A DNA stretch of 64,000 nt from Paramoeba atlantica (lineage: Eukaryota > Protista > Discosea): contig CDRNVI010000060.1 of the NCBI GenBank assembly GCA_977017575.1, forward strand, positions 1 to 64,000. Direction: 5' to 3'. Positions 1-9,853 of this stretch are shown here, piece after piece. The stretch's first letter is position 1. Every line of letters begins with the position of its first letter. The notes under the pieces are model-generated. The model saw only the letters and a program-made list of their open reading frames with translations. It was not told where the DNA came from and ran no database searches. Both the position numbers and the translations under genes were made by a program.

Positions 1-207
1 GGTTGAGGTAAATATGATGAGGAGATTCGCTTGTAACTCAGCAAAGCTTGACGATTTCGGACATTGCTACCCATTAGAGTCCTTGTATTGTGGTACGCCT
101 CGATTTTCGACCGTGCATCTTGCCCGTGCGAAAATCGTTGGTCACATGCTCAGGCACTCCTCTACGTTTCGCGAGCTCGTTCAATGGAATAGCACGGAAA
201 AAACAAG

Positions 208-247
208 AAATATTTCTCCTCAAAAAAAAAAAAAAAATATTTCTCCT
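208..247 (+). other. poly(A)-only insertion with 13-bp target-site duplication
   Basis: aaatatttctcct at 208-220 and 235-247 flanks c+A13. The net addition is 27 bp, so the frame is kept. Confidence 0.6.
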
Positions 248-785
248 AGCGAAGCAAGTTTTAATGATCTAGGGATTACTCTGGAGCAGGAGCTTGTTTA
301 CTCGCAGGATCGGCTACACTGGCAAAAGCTATGCGATGAGCTCAGACAGAAACTTGAACCACTTCCGATGTATGAGGTATTAAGGTATCCAAGGTGGAAA
401 ACTAAACACACTCAAGCGGTCAAAAGCAAAAGCTCTTATGAGCTACAATTTGTGGAGGAAGGCTCGGATCCGTTCCCCATGAGTGAGGGTGAGGTTCATA
501 TGTATATTGATGGCTCTGTTCGGCAGTTGCGGGGGTCCAAGGAACAAAGATCCGGTGCGGGAATAGTTCTGAGAATGAGTGGAACAGAAGACAAATACTA
601 TTCCATAGCATTGGATGCTGGCTCAACTGAGAGAGCTGAGGTTGAATCGCTGAGGGAAGCGCTGGAAAGGATACCTAATGAGGCTCAAACAGTTGTTATA
701 CACACCGATTCGTTCTATGTATGGAATTTCTTCCATCATACTCGTCTACGGCGGCGAATCATTGGGTATAACAATCTACCGAATG

Positions 786-1304
786 CCCGCGGTGCGGGCG
801 TAGTTGTTAGACGGGCGTAGTTGTGGGCCTTACAACCTGCAGGTTGTGGGTTCGATTCCCGCTATCGACAAAACTCGCAACCTGGCGGCCTCACTGCAAA
901 GGGAAAGCGATCAGGAGTGCCTTCAAGGCCCACACCCAACCCCGCTCCCCTGGAGGACCGACCCGGAACCGCTGAGCTGAACCAGGCTCCAGCGTAGCCG
1001 CTAAATTGCGAGCTGCTTACGCAAAGGAGGCTTGAGACACAGCCTACACGATGCAACGGGGTGGACGCCCGTCCTAGTAGCTACGGTTGGGTAGCCGTGC
1101 TCGGGCCGCAAGGCGTCGAGTACCGTCTGGGAAGGGGGTAGCAACACGATGAAGGTCGGTGGCCTGAGACTCTACCCTAACGGTTGGCGCTGCAGAGCCC
1201 TCCGTGTCTTCTTCTTCTTCTTCTTCTTCTTCTTCTTCTTCTTCTTCTTCTTCTTCTTCTTCTTCTTCTTCTTCTTCTTCTTCTTCTTCTTCTTCTTCTT
1301 CTTC
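786..1304 (+). mobile_element. SINE-like retroposon with Pol III B-box head and (TTC)32 tail
   Basis: TSD tctaccgaatg at 775-785 and 1303-1313. ggttcgattcc sits in a TpsiC-like stem-loop (gtggg-ttcgatt-cccgc, 846-862). The TTC run spans 1209-1304. Confidence 0.75.
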
Positions 1305-2636
1305 TACCGAATGGGGGTATCCTTGAGAAATTGGATCGGGAAATTCGAACGCTCCAATCGATGGATAAAAGGTGTTACGTGTACAAAGTGAAATCCCACA
1401 ACGGGAACATTTACAATGAGAAGGCAGACACCTTGGCGCTTGCAGGGTCGAGAAAAATAGTCCCAGCCTCAGAAATAAAGAGGAGAAAGACTGCGACAAG
1501 TGCCTCAGAAGCTCAAAGGGTTAGCTCAGAAACCGTTCAAACCATGAATCGTCCTCGGAAACACTGTGGCCAAATACCTAAGCCATTAGGGAAAAGACGG
1601 GATTACTTCAAGATTGCAGAAGGTGATCCTCTCTCCAAAAAGGGCACCTCGCCACCTGTAGAGACTGGAGTGGATTCTCCTGAAAATAAAGAGTGTTTGC
1701 CTGAGGAATGTGATGCCAAAAATACAAAGTTGCATGAAAGACGTACCACGCCCGGTTCAGCGGACAAGGAGCATGAAAGGGCGAATTCACCTGAGAGAAA
1801 GACGTCGAAGCGACGAATAAAACGGATGTGTTCTTAACCGATGCAAATCGGTCTTATAGGACAGGATAGGATGAGGTCGGCTCCCCGTCCCTGACCACGT
1901 GGTAAGTTGACCGCTTTCTTTTTCCCATTCCCGAGTATCTTCTTTCTTTATCTAAAAAGATAAGATAAGAGCGAGAGCTAATCGCTTCTCTTCAGTACCC
2001 ATCATCGCCTCTAATTAGGAGACGTCTCGACTTAGACGAATACCCAGAAGCCGGTTTGTTAACGTTACGCGACCAGCTGCAGTTATATCTTTTCCCGATG
2101 TGGCAACAAACTCTAGCACGGCTGCCGCACAATCATCCTCTGATATCCCCACCATTTAGGTCAACAAACTTTTGCACCCTATAGGACTTCCGAACCGAAT
2201 ACAAATCTTGAGCTCAGTCGTAGTAGAACAGTTCTCACTTTCAGTTGGAGAGTTTGGATTGTTTTCAATTGCAAGACTTGATGCACCTGGGGCCACTATG
2301 ATGGCACTATAATGCCAGGCATAAGTTGGTGAATCAAATTTTGGTAATAGTACTATGATCATCTCAAATGGATGCAAGCGTGTTCAGCTATAAGTAACAG
2401 CCTACAGTCATAGCAGAAACAAAATAGTAGTCGGGAAATCAATTTCCTTTTTCTTTTTGAAAAATATTTTTCCAGCTGACCGTAGCGCCAGGCAAGCCAA
2501 GGCGTGTTTACTACGCCGAGATAATGGGTAGTTGCTGTAAACCTGCGCAGGTTCTACTGAACAGGGGGTCGCAACTTCCTCATTATCACGAACTTCGTAA
2601 TCACCTTGATAACAGGACCCATTTGCAGTGCCAGGC

Positions 2637-4644
2637 AAAAAAAAATCCAAATCATTCCGGATTGCTCCGGATGATCACTGGCAAGCCAGACCCTTCACAG
2701 ACAGATTTGGAAGTTCCGAGGCCGACGTCCTCTACCAGTTTCCGCTTGTCCAAGGCGGCAAAAACATGCTGTTACCAACACGTTGCGTCGACGAATTGTA
2801 CGTCAACACGGCCCACCCAAGAAGTGTAAGACGGGTAAGGGAGCTTGTTCCCGGAGGGGAGGGTCCGGGACGGTCCTCCGAGTACTGGGCCTAGTCGGTT
2901 ATCAGCCCAGCCTATTACCGTATAACCTCCCAGTAAGAGAGAGTACCCCCCCAGTAAGAGAGTTTTGGCCCTTTTTGGGCTGACCCCCAGTATGGGAGTT
3001 TTGGCTCGGGATCCCCACAGGAGGCGTATAGTGGGTAGGGGGTGGGTGTCTGCATGTTGAGGGCCTCGGGGGTAAGACAGATTTGGAAGTTCCGAGGCCG
3101 ACGTCCTCTACCAGTTTCCGCTTGTCCAAGGCGGCAAAAACATGCTGTTGCCAACACGCTGCGTCGACGAATTGTACGTCAACACGGCTTACCCAAGAGG
3201 TGTAAGCCGGGTGAGGGAGCTGGTTCCCTGAGGGGAGGGTCCGGGATGGTCCTCCGAGTACTGGGCCTAGTCGGTTATCAGCCCAGCCTCTTAGAGTGAG
3301 GCCGCCGGTAATAATGCGATGAGCGGGTTTGAACTCGCTGTCTGAGCACCATGTGCTTCAAACTTTGAATTCTTGCCACTCCGCCACCTCCAACCAGGCA
3401 AGCCAGCGCATGATATCCCCCCGCCTTCCTTCCCTTTTCGGCTTCCAAAACATAAATGCCAATGGGATAGGGAACATTCAACGAAATGAGATAGATAGAT
3501 AGAGCAACTAGTTTGCTCCGCTCTTGGCTTCGGAATCACATGGGCCTCTCAACATTGTAATGTTGAGGGGGCGTACCGTTAAAGGTACCGTCACCCCCCC
3601 CTCACATATCCTCGCAAAAGTAGAAAAAAGAGGCCAAAAGCGGATATGTCACCTAGGAGGACAAGTCACCTAGACTTCGAGTGAATATTTTTTCTGTTAG
3701 TTACTCTCGGCCTGCTGAAAAAAAAGAATGAGGTCCGGTTTAGCATACAACCCCGTTCCGCTCATTTTGGGACAAAAATTAAGACACCCGCCCCACTAAG
3801 ACCCGCCCCACGCGATATTGCAGAAACGAACAAGCCACACCCGTTCCCCGGCAACGGGCATACTCCAAAAAAAAAAAATCCAAATCATTCCGGATTGCTC
3901 CGGATGGTCACTGGCAAGCCAGACCCTTCACAGACAGATTTGGAAGTTCCGAGGCCGACGTCCTCTACCAGTTTCCGCTTGTCCAAGGCGGCACCAACGT
4001 GCTGTTGCCAACACGCTGCGTCGACGAACTGTACGTCAACACGGCTTACCCAAGAGGTGTAAGCCGGGTAAGGGAGCTGGTTCCCTGAGTGGAGGGTCCG
4101 GGGCGGTCCTCCGAGTACTGGGCCTAGTCGGTTATCAGCCCAGCCTCTTAGAGTGAGGCCGCCAGTAATAATGCGATGAGCGGGTTTGAAATCGCCGTCT
4201 GAGCACCATGTGCTTCAAACTTTGAATTCTTGCCACTCCTCGTGGAAACTCATAAGAATTCCAAATCCAAAAAATCCAAATCATTCCGGATTGCTCCGGA
4301 TGGTCACTGGCAAGCCAGACCCTTCACAGACAGATTTGGAAGTTCCGAGGCCGACGTCTTCTACCAGTTTCCGCTTGTCCAAGGCGGCAAAAACATGCTG
4401 TTATCAACACGCTGCGTCGACGAATTGTACGTCGACACGGCCCACCCAAGAAGTGTAAGCCGGGTAAGGGAGCTGGTTCCCTGAGGGGAGGGTCCGGGAC
4501 GGTCCTCCGAGTACTGGGCCTAGTCGGTTCTCAGCCCAGTCTCTTAGAGTGAGGCTGCCAGGAATAATGCGATGAGCGGGTTTGAACTCGCCGTCTGAGC
4601 ACCACGTGCTTCAAACTTTGAATTCTTGCCACTCCGCCACCTCC
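2637..4644 (-). repeat. four diverged copies of a 270-380 bp coding-like fragment (about 2637-2911, 3077-3412, 3868-4232, 4268-4644)
   Basis: Near-identical blocks gacagatttggaagttccgagg...cagcccag. The minus strand reads ..PSGNQLPYP..AALDKRKLVEDVG.. Confidence 0.85.
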
Positions 4645-5323
4645 ACTTGGAGCATACTCTTACTGTGTACAACGGGCATACTCTTACTGTGTTTTCATGC
4701 CCGTTGCCGGCCGGCGCTAAGGCTGGAACTGTCCCCCTTTATCGCTAAAGCAGGGGGCGCGCCTTCATCCCTTCACCCCTCCCCGGCTCGCTCCCCTGGA
4801 GTGAGTGCTTCCCCCTCTCGGCTTCTTTCCTCGCGACCCTTGCCTCTCCGAGAGGGCTGGGTGTCACGGTGGCCTCCGTTAAGGGCCACTAGGCGTGTCC
4901 CTCGCTGCCTGCGTTTACGGCTCTCCGCACCTGACGGTCACCCAGCTCTCCGCACCTCGGCTCTCTCGCAGCTCTCTGCACCCGAGTTGCCCCCGAAACT
5001 GTAATATGGGGATTACCCATCCGACTGTCCGCACCTGCACATGACAACCGATCTCTCTGCACCTGGGACGTCAGCTCTCTGCACCCATTCTCCTCCAGCG
5101 AGGGCAAATCCTCACGTGATCCACCCGTCGTATGTGGGTAAGGAAAATGTGAGGCAAATCTCTGCACTCTCACCAAACAACAAGTGATATCAGTGATATC
5201 TTTGTATCGTCATTGCCCCTGACTTGTCCCCGCTTTCGTATCTTGGTACTAGATGACATATCCTCTCATCGAATGTAAAAAGAGGATATGTCACCTAGGA
5301 GGACAAGTGAGGGGGGGTGACGG
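3588..5323. mobile_element. non-autonomous TA-flanked TIR element carrying captured sequence
   Basis: TA-ccgtcacccccccctcac at the left end and gtgagggggggtgacgg-TA at the right end. Subterminal gaggatatgtcacctagg motifs are repeated. No transposase inside. Confidence 0.75.
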
Positions 5324-5407
5324 TACGCAGCCCATGATCCTCATTGCAAGGTTGCAATGGTGTCGCGGTTAAAACAGTACGCGATTACCGCTCTGTTTTT
5401 ACTACTC

Positions 5408-5434
5408 AAAAGATACAGTTTCTGTGACTTGTTG
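5408..5434 (+). ncRNA. spliced-leader exon-like sequence followed by GT
   Basis: aaaagatacagtttctgtgacttgttg|gtaatt matches the kinetoplastid SL core (gatacagtttctgt..ttg|gt). The canonical 5' aactaacgct is absent. Confidence 0.55.
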
Positions 5435-5640
5435 GTAATTTTTCCTTAGTTCATCCTTTCGTTCCCCGACTAACAGATTCGCCTGTTACCCCTACTGGTA
5501 GAGCATCAAAAACGGCCCAAATTCACCCAACAAATAGATTTTTCATGGTCTTTTCGCAATTTTTCTTTTTTAGTGGCTTCGTTAAACGCGGGTAGTTTTC
5601 AACGGGAGGCGCGCAGCATGAGTCCAAACACGGCCCTTTT

Positions 5641-6090
5641 TTGCATTTGTTTTCATCCCAATCGCAAGGTAAAAAAATTAGGGATGCAAGTTCCGTGAAG
5701 GGTGAAGCGATTCTCGTTGAGTGTTTTTCAAAAAGGGGTATTCTTGAATATTTAGTTGAAAATAGAGAACAAGCGATTGTGCAAATGGACAATGCGGCCA
5801 CGCATAACAAAACGAAGCGTGTCCTTTTAGAAAAAGGAATTACTCGATTGGAGTCGCCAGCACTCTCTCCTGACCTCAATCCGATCGAGAATGTTTGGTC
5901 AATAATGGACCGAATTGTGAAAGAAATTCTGAAGCCAGAGACTGAAACACAGCTCCGGAAGGCAATAAAAAAAGCCTTCATGATGCTTAAGCGTCATCCT
6001 TATCGACGCCAAGTCTTAAATTGCATAAATTCAGTACCTAAACGCTTGCGAATAGTGCAGAGCGTTCGAGGAGACCATTGTGGGTATTAA
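5641..6090 (+). pseudogene. Tc1/IS630 transposase, C-terminal fragment, D32E spacing
   Basis: QMDNAATH...SPDLNPIENVW. A piece of the TIR of the 35640-37178 element follows at about 6234-6272. Confidence 0.85.
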
Positions 6091-6562
6091 TGTAGGAATT
6101 CATACACCTTTTTTGTCATTTTTTCCCACTTCAAAAACTTTTTTTTTTTTTTTGAAATTTGCCATCTTTGATCACACCCACCAAGAACCCAGGGGGGTTG
6201 ATGGGCAAACAAACGGCGGGAAACGCTCTACTTTTTCGAGATCTGTTGAATGTCGAAGGAATTAGGTCAATAATGTCAGAGCACACTGAAGGAGCTTAGC
6301 GAATCCTTTTCGGTAACATCACGTACAATGCAACGCATCAAGGAAAAGGGTGCAACACATTATCAGGCCATGATAACGAAGGCAGGTGGAAAAAGTAAGG
6401 GATGCGGAAATTTAATCACGACAGAGTAGACAGCATATTAAAAGTACACGAAGAATTGTGCTCTATATTACAGAGACATTGTCTGATTACTAAGGAAATG
6501 GTTTATGATGCCATGGAAAAATATGGCGTTTTCTCAGGTCTTTCCGATAGGGGGAGAGCGCG

Positions 6563-6706
6563 AAAAATCCTATTTTTCCAAAATCGACTCCTAAACCGCA
6601 CTGTACCCCCCCTAGTTATCTGTCACCTTTTCTCGAAAAGTAGCGACAGATAACTAGGGGGGGTACAGTGCGGTTTAGGAGTCGATTTTGGAAAAATAGG
6701 ATTTTT
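6563..6706. repeat. 144-bp palindrome centred on a 68-bp mini-MITE (6601-6668)
   Basis: Arms aaaaatcctatttttccaaaatcgactcctaaaccgcactgtaccccccctagttatctgtc and its reverse complement. The same core recurs at about 28874-28932. Confidence 0.85.
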
Positions 6707-6930
6707 GCTTTTTTTTTGGGTCAAATTTTTTTTTTGGTCACCCCAAAAATTTCGGAAATTTTGACCTTGTCGGACCCCTCCCGCGCGTACCAGGGGGGTA
6801 CCCCCATGGGGGGGGGTGGATAATTATCGCCGAGGCATACTCTACCACTTCCCTGCGCTCGATTTCGAAAAGCAAAAAATTCGAAAAAATATTCTTGACG
6901 TATGCCCCCCCCACTGACCCCACAATTTCA
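6685..6930 (-). repeat. dispersed 250-330 bp repeat family (also about 8060-8150, 20045-20365, 22325-22600, 31978-32280, 42110-42280, 46940-47230)
   Basis: Shared motifs aaaatcgagcgc.gggaagt.gtagag, ggaggggtcc.acaaggtcaaaatttcc and aaaatcgactcctaaa. Probably the internal part of a non-autonomous transposon. Confidence 0.8.
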
Positions 6931-7137
6931 GGACAACTACGTCTTCGGAAATACTCCTGAATTGTCAATGTCTTCCTCCTCTTCTCCCTCCTTGTCTTCC
7001 TGTTCATCCTCCTCCAACGAAACAACCTCGCTAGGAATTTCTTCATGAATGCCACTCAGTTCTTGAGTGGCATGTTGAGTGGCATGTTGACAAAAAAAAA
7101 TGATCAGTACACATGTAAAAAAATCTCAATTAAAAAA

Positions 7138-7480
7138 AACCCAGGGTAATGGGGACGAGGGAGATACCAACAGTGTAGGTGCGGCAGTTTCCACAGGAAA
7201 AACGGCATCTCTACATTTTTAGGCGCTTGTCTTCATGCCATAAGGGAGATACCGTTTTTCCTGTGGAAACTGCCGCACCTACACTGTTGGTATCTCCCTC
7301 GTCCCCTTTACCCTGGGTTACATGGTAAAAACATGTTCCCTAGGACTCCTTACAGCTTCCCACGCGAGGAAGTCGTCGTCGCTGCGGGAAAAAGGCAGAA
7401 GGCTCCGCCTTCTGCTTTTGCCTTGCGCCTCCTCCTTCCTCTACGGTCTTGCGTATCCCAAACTTCAAGTTGAAAAAAGC
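7138..7480. repeat. long hairpin (arms 7138-7212 and 7243-7319) plus conserved ~160-bp tail, copy A
   Basis: Near-perfect ~75-bp inverted arms. The tail is homologous to 26410-26570 in reverse orientation. Confidence 0.85.
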
Positions 7481-8230
7481 ATACGTGGCAAATCGGGCTT
7501 TGCAAATCGCTTCCGAAGAAGGGGGTCCCGAGTCGTCCAAAAGGTGCGTTTTTCTTTCCTAAACTATCTATTTATGTGTTGCCTTTCGTTCTTTGCGAAA
7601 AAAACTTTTTCCAGAAACCCCTGTTCAATATAACATACCCCCCCCCGATATGTTAACGTGTTGCAGGTACGTTATCCAGGGCCCCGTTCAGTACGAATCT
7701 GTGCTCCTGCGCGGAAATGCCTAATACGGATACAAATTCTACCCATGCAGACTCTCCCAAAGAAACACCTATCCAGGAAGATTGGCCTTTTGAACATGAA
7801 TTGGTCAAACCTGCTTCAGAACTCAAGGAGGCATGTATTGCTTTCTCTCTGGTTGCTCCTCCGGAAGATACAATAGCCCACTCGGCAAATCATATTTTTG
7901 AAGCGCCCTCCGTTCAGGAAACTCCTTTGATTTCTTGTGATGTGTCAATTGCGAAGCTCAATACATTGCGGCAGAAGCTTGACACATAATAAAGGGGGGG
8001 AGGATACCCGTCCATATTAAAGGAGGGGCACGGTAATACTGATATCAAAGGGGATATCCCGGGGGGGGGGGTCACCCCCGGGTAGGGGGGTGGAAAATGC
8101 GCGTCGAGACCCCGGTTATCCCTTGTGCGGGTTTCGGTTTCAAAAATAATTTTTCTCGGATTCTTTTGTCGGATGTACCGACAGTAAATGGGTCATGCCA
8201 TGACCTTCTTTATTGGATTCAAACCCGTGG

Positions 8231-9106
8231 TTAGAGTGGTAAGTCAAAGAGGTTGCCACGCAGGGGTTTGTAATCAAGCCAGTACTTGTCTATACCTGAC
8301 GTTACTCCAGTGAGCTGGTTCATGGAGACATCAAGATTTATTAAACGTGGAAGAGAAGAAAGGTTAAGAGTCCCCTCTAAACGATTATTGTCCAGAATAA
8401 GGAAGCCCATGGATTTCGGGAGATGATCAAGATCTAGCGTCCCTGTCAGCTTATTGTGACTCAAGGCAAGGGCGTACATCCCAGGAGGTAATGCGTGAAG
8501 TTTAATCGGCCCTACAAAATGATTATTCTCAGCGAATATTGTGCGTATTTTTGGGGGTAACTGAGTGAGATCGACAGGACCTTCTAGCTCATTCACCCGT
8601 AGCGTTAGTTCTTTTAGCTGTACTGGTAGTGTCGTGAAATCAAACACGCCTCGATGCTTGTGTTCTGCAACATTAAAGATTTCTAGTGGGGCAATTAAAT
8701 CGATGGAGCGTAAGGTTCCCGCCAAAGTTCTTTCGATGACATCGTTTTCCGCATTGAAGTAGGTGACGTTTGGAGGCAAATAACTCCATGTGAGGTTCCC
8801 GGAGAGTTTGAAAAAACACCATCGGATGCGTGTGACTTGTGACTCAGCGTTACACTTTACGCCTTTCCAAGAACAAGCGGAGGCCCGTTTCTTCCACGAA
8901 GGAGGGGTGTAAAGCACATTTAACACGAGACGGCGCATCATATCGATCTCCGACAGGGTCACTGAGCTGACCTTGCTGCCGAATTTTCGCCTTTTCTGCG
9001 GAGGTTGCTGTGGCAGGTCGGCTAGGGCTACACAATAGTGAGGCTGAAAAGGAACCGCATATAGGAGTAGCGGGAAGATCCAGTCACTTGTCATAAAGGA
9101 ATACAC
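8231..9106 (-). CDS. LRR protein with CxWxGVxC N-cap, 291 aa
   Basis: ACSWKGVKC cap, 23-aa LPxxLxxLxLxxNxLxGxxDLxx repeats and a hydrophobic N-terminus. Confidence 0.9.
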   Translation of the reverse strand: MYSFMTSDWIFPLLLYAVPFQPHYCVALADLPQQPPQKRRKFGSKVSSVTLSEIDMMRRLVLNVLYTPPSWKKRASACSWKGVKCNAESQVTRIRWCFFKLSGNLTWSYLPPNVTYFNAENDVIERTLAGTLRSIDLIAPLEIFNVAEHKHRGVFDFTTLPVQLKELTLRVNELEGPVDLTQLPPKIRTIFAENNHFVGPIKLHALPPGMYALALSHNKLTGTLDLDHLPKSMGFLILDNNRLEGTLNLSSLPRLINLDVSMNQLTGVTSGIDKYWLDYKPLRGNLFDLPL

Positions 9107-9853
9107 AAGTAATAAACAAGAAAACTAAGTTTTTGTTCGTTCACAAAGTCAAATGATAAAAGAGCCAAACGAAGGATTCGATGCAACAATGAAATGAAAT
9201 CAAAGACTCAAATTGAAAAAGCACTTTAAAGGAACGATTTAAAACTATAAAAGCAAGCTCCACCAGTTCTATATTATAACTTTATTGGTTCAAGTTTTGA
9301 TAATAGAGGGCAAGAGATTGTTTCGAAAAAAAATATTCCCAAACGTTTTAAAGAGATAAAGAAAACGGAAAGGGATTCGAAAGTACAGAAAAGAAATACG
9401 GGAATGTATTTCTATTTTCACCTTGAAAAAACTAAGAAATATTACAAATTGAAAAGTCGCGTAAAAATATTAATCACTGAAAATGAGACTATGAATAACT
9501 AAAACAGATATTTTTTTTGAAGATTTTTTTGAAGAAACAGAATGTATAGTCAAAAAAGAATATTAATCATATCAAAAAAATATAAGTCCTATCAAAAGAA
9601 GAATATAAACGTACGAATTATAGCGAACTGAACAGGATATGCAAAGACAAGAAACAGAATATGCGTGGATATATAGCTAAATTGATTTCTTTCATTGGTA
9701 CGATACAAAAAAATATTAGAAAAGCAAGGTTAACCTCTATGTTTATTTCTAAAATTTATAAACAAAATCCTAGATTCCATCTAAAAAGACTCCTAAATTC
9801 ACCCCTCGAGAATGAACGACCGTCGCCTTGCCCAATCCTTCGGCAACCAGGAC

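Larger units (their letters stand above)
14..1837 (+). mobile_element. 3' part of a non-LTR retrotransposon ORF: RTE-like post-RT region plus RNase H1 domain, interrupted by a SINE
   Basis: GHMLR..W..NDLG..QDRLHW resembles RTE-type RT C-termini. RNase H motifs are YIDGS, ERAEVES, HTDS and KVKSHNGNIYNEKADTLA. ORFs 14..820 and 1184..1837 share a frame and rejoin as YNNLPNGGILEKL when 786-1313 is removed. Confidence 0.7.

Noticed and set aside
786-870. Functional tRNA gene
   Set aside because: Only the T-arm and B-box are convincing. No acceptor or anticodon stem could be folded, and it lies inside a TSD-flanked insert.
1074-1499. Poly-Glu, poly-Phe and poly-Leu ORFs
   Set aside because: These are translations of the (TTC)32 SINE tail.
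4582-5176. GC-rich ORFs on both strands treated as genes
   Set aside because: They are low-complexity ctct(c)(c/t)gcacc repeats inside a non-autonomous element, with no recognisable domain.
7138-7319. CRISPR-like repeat-spacer unit
   Set aside because: The repeats are inverted rather than direct, the two spacers are reverse complements of each other, and there is no array or cas gene.
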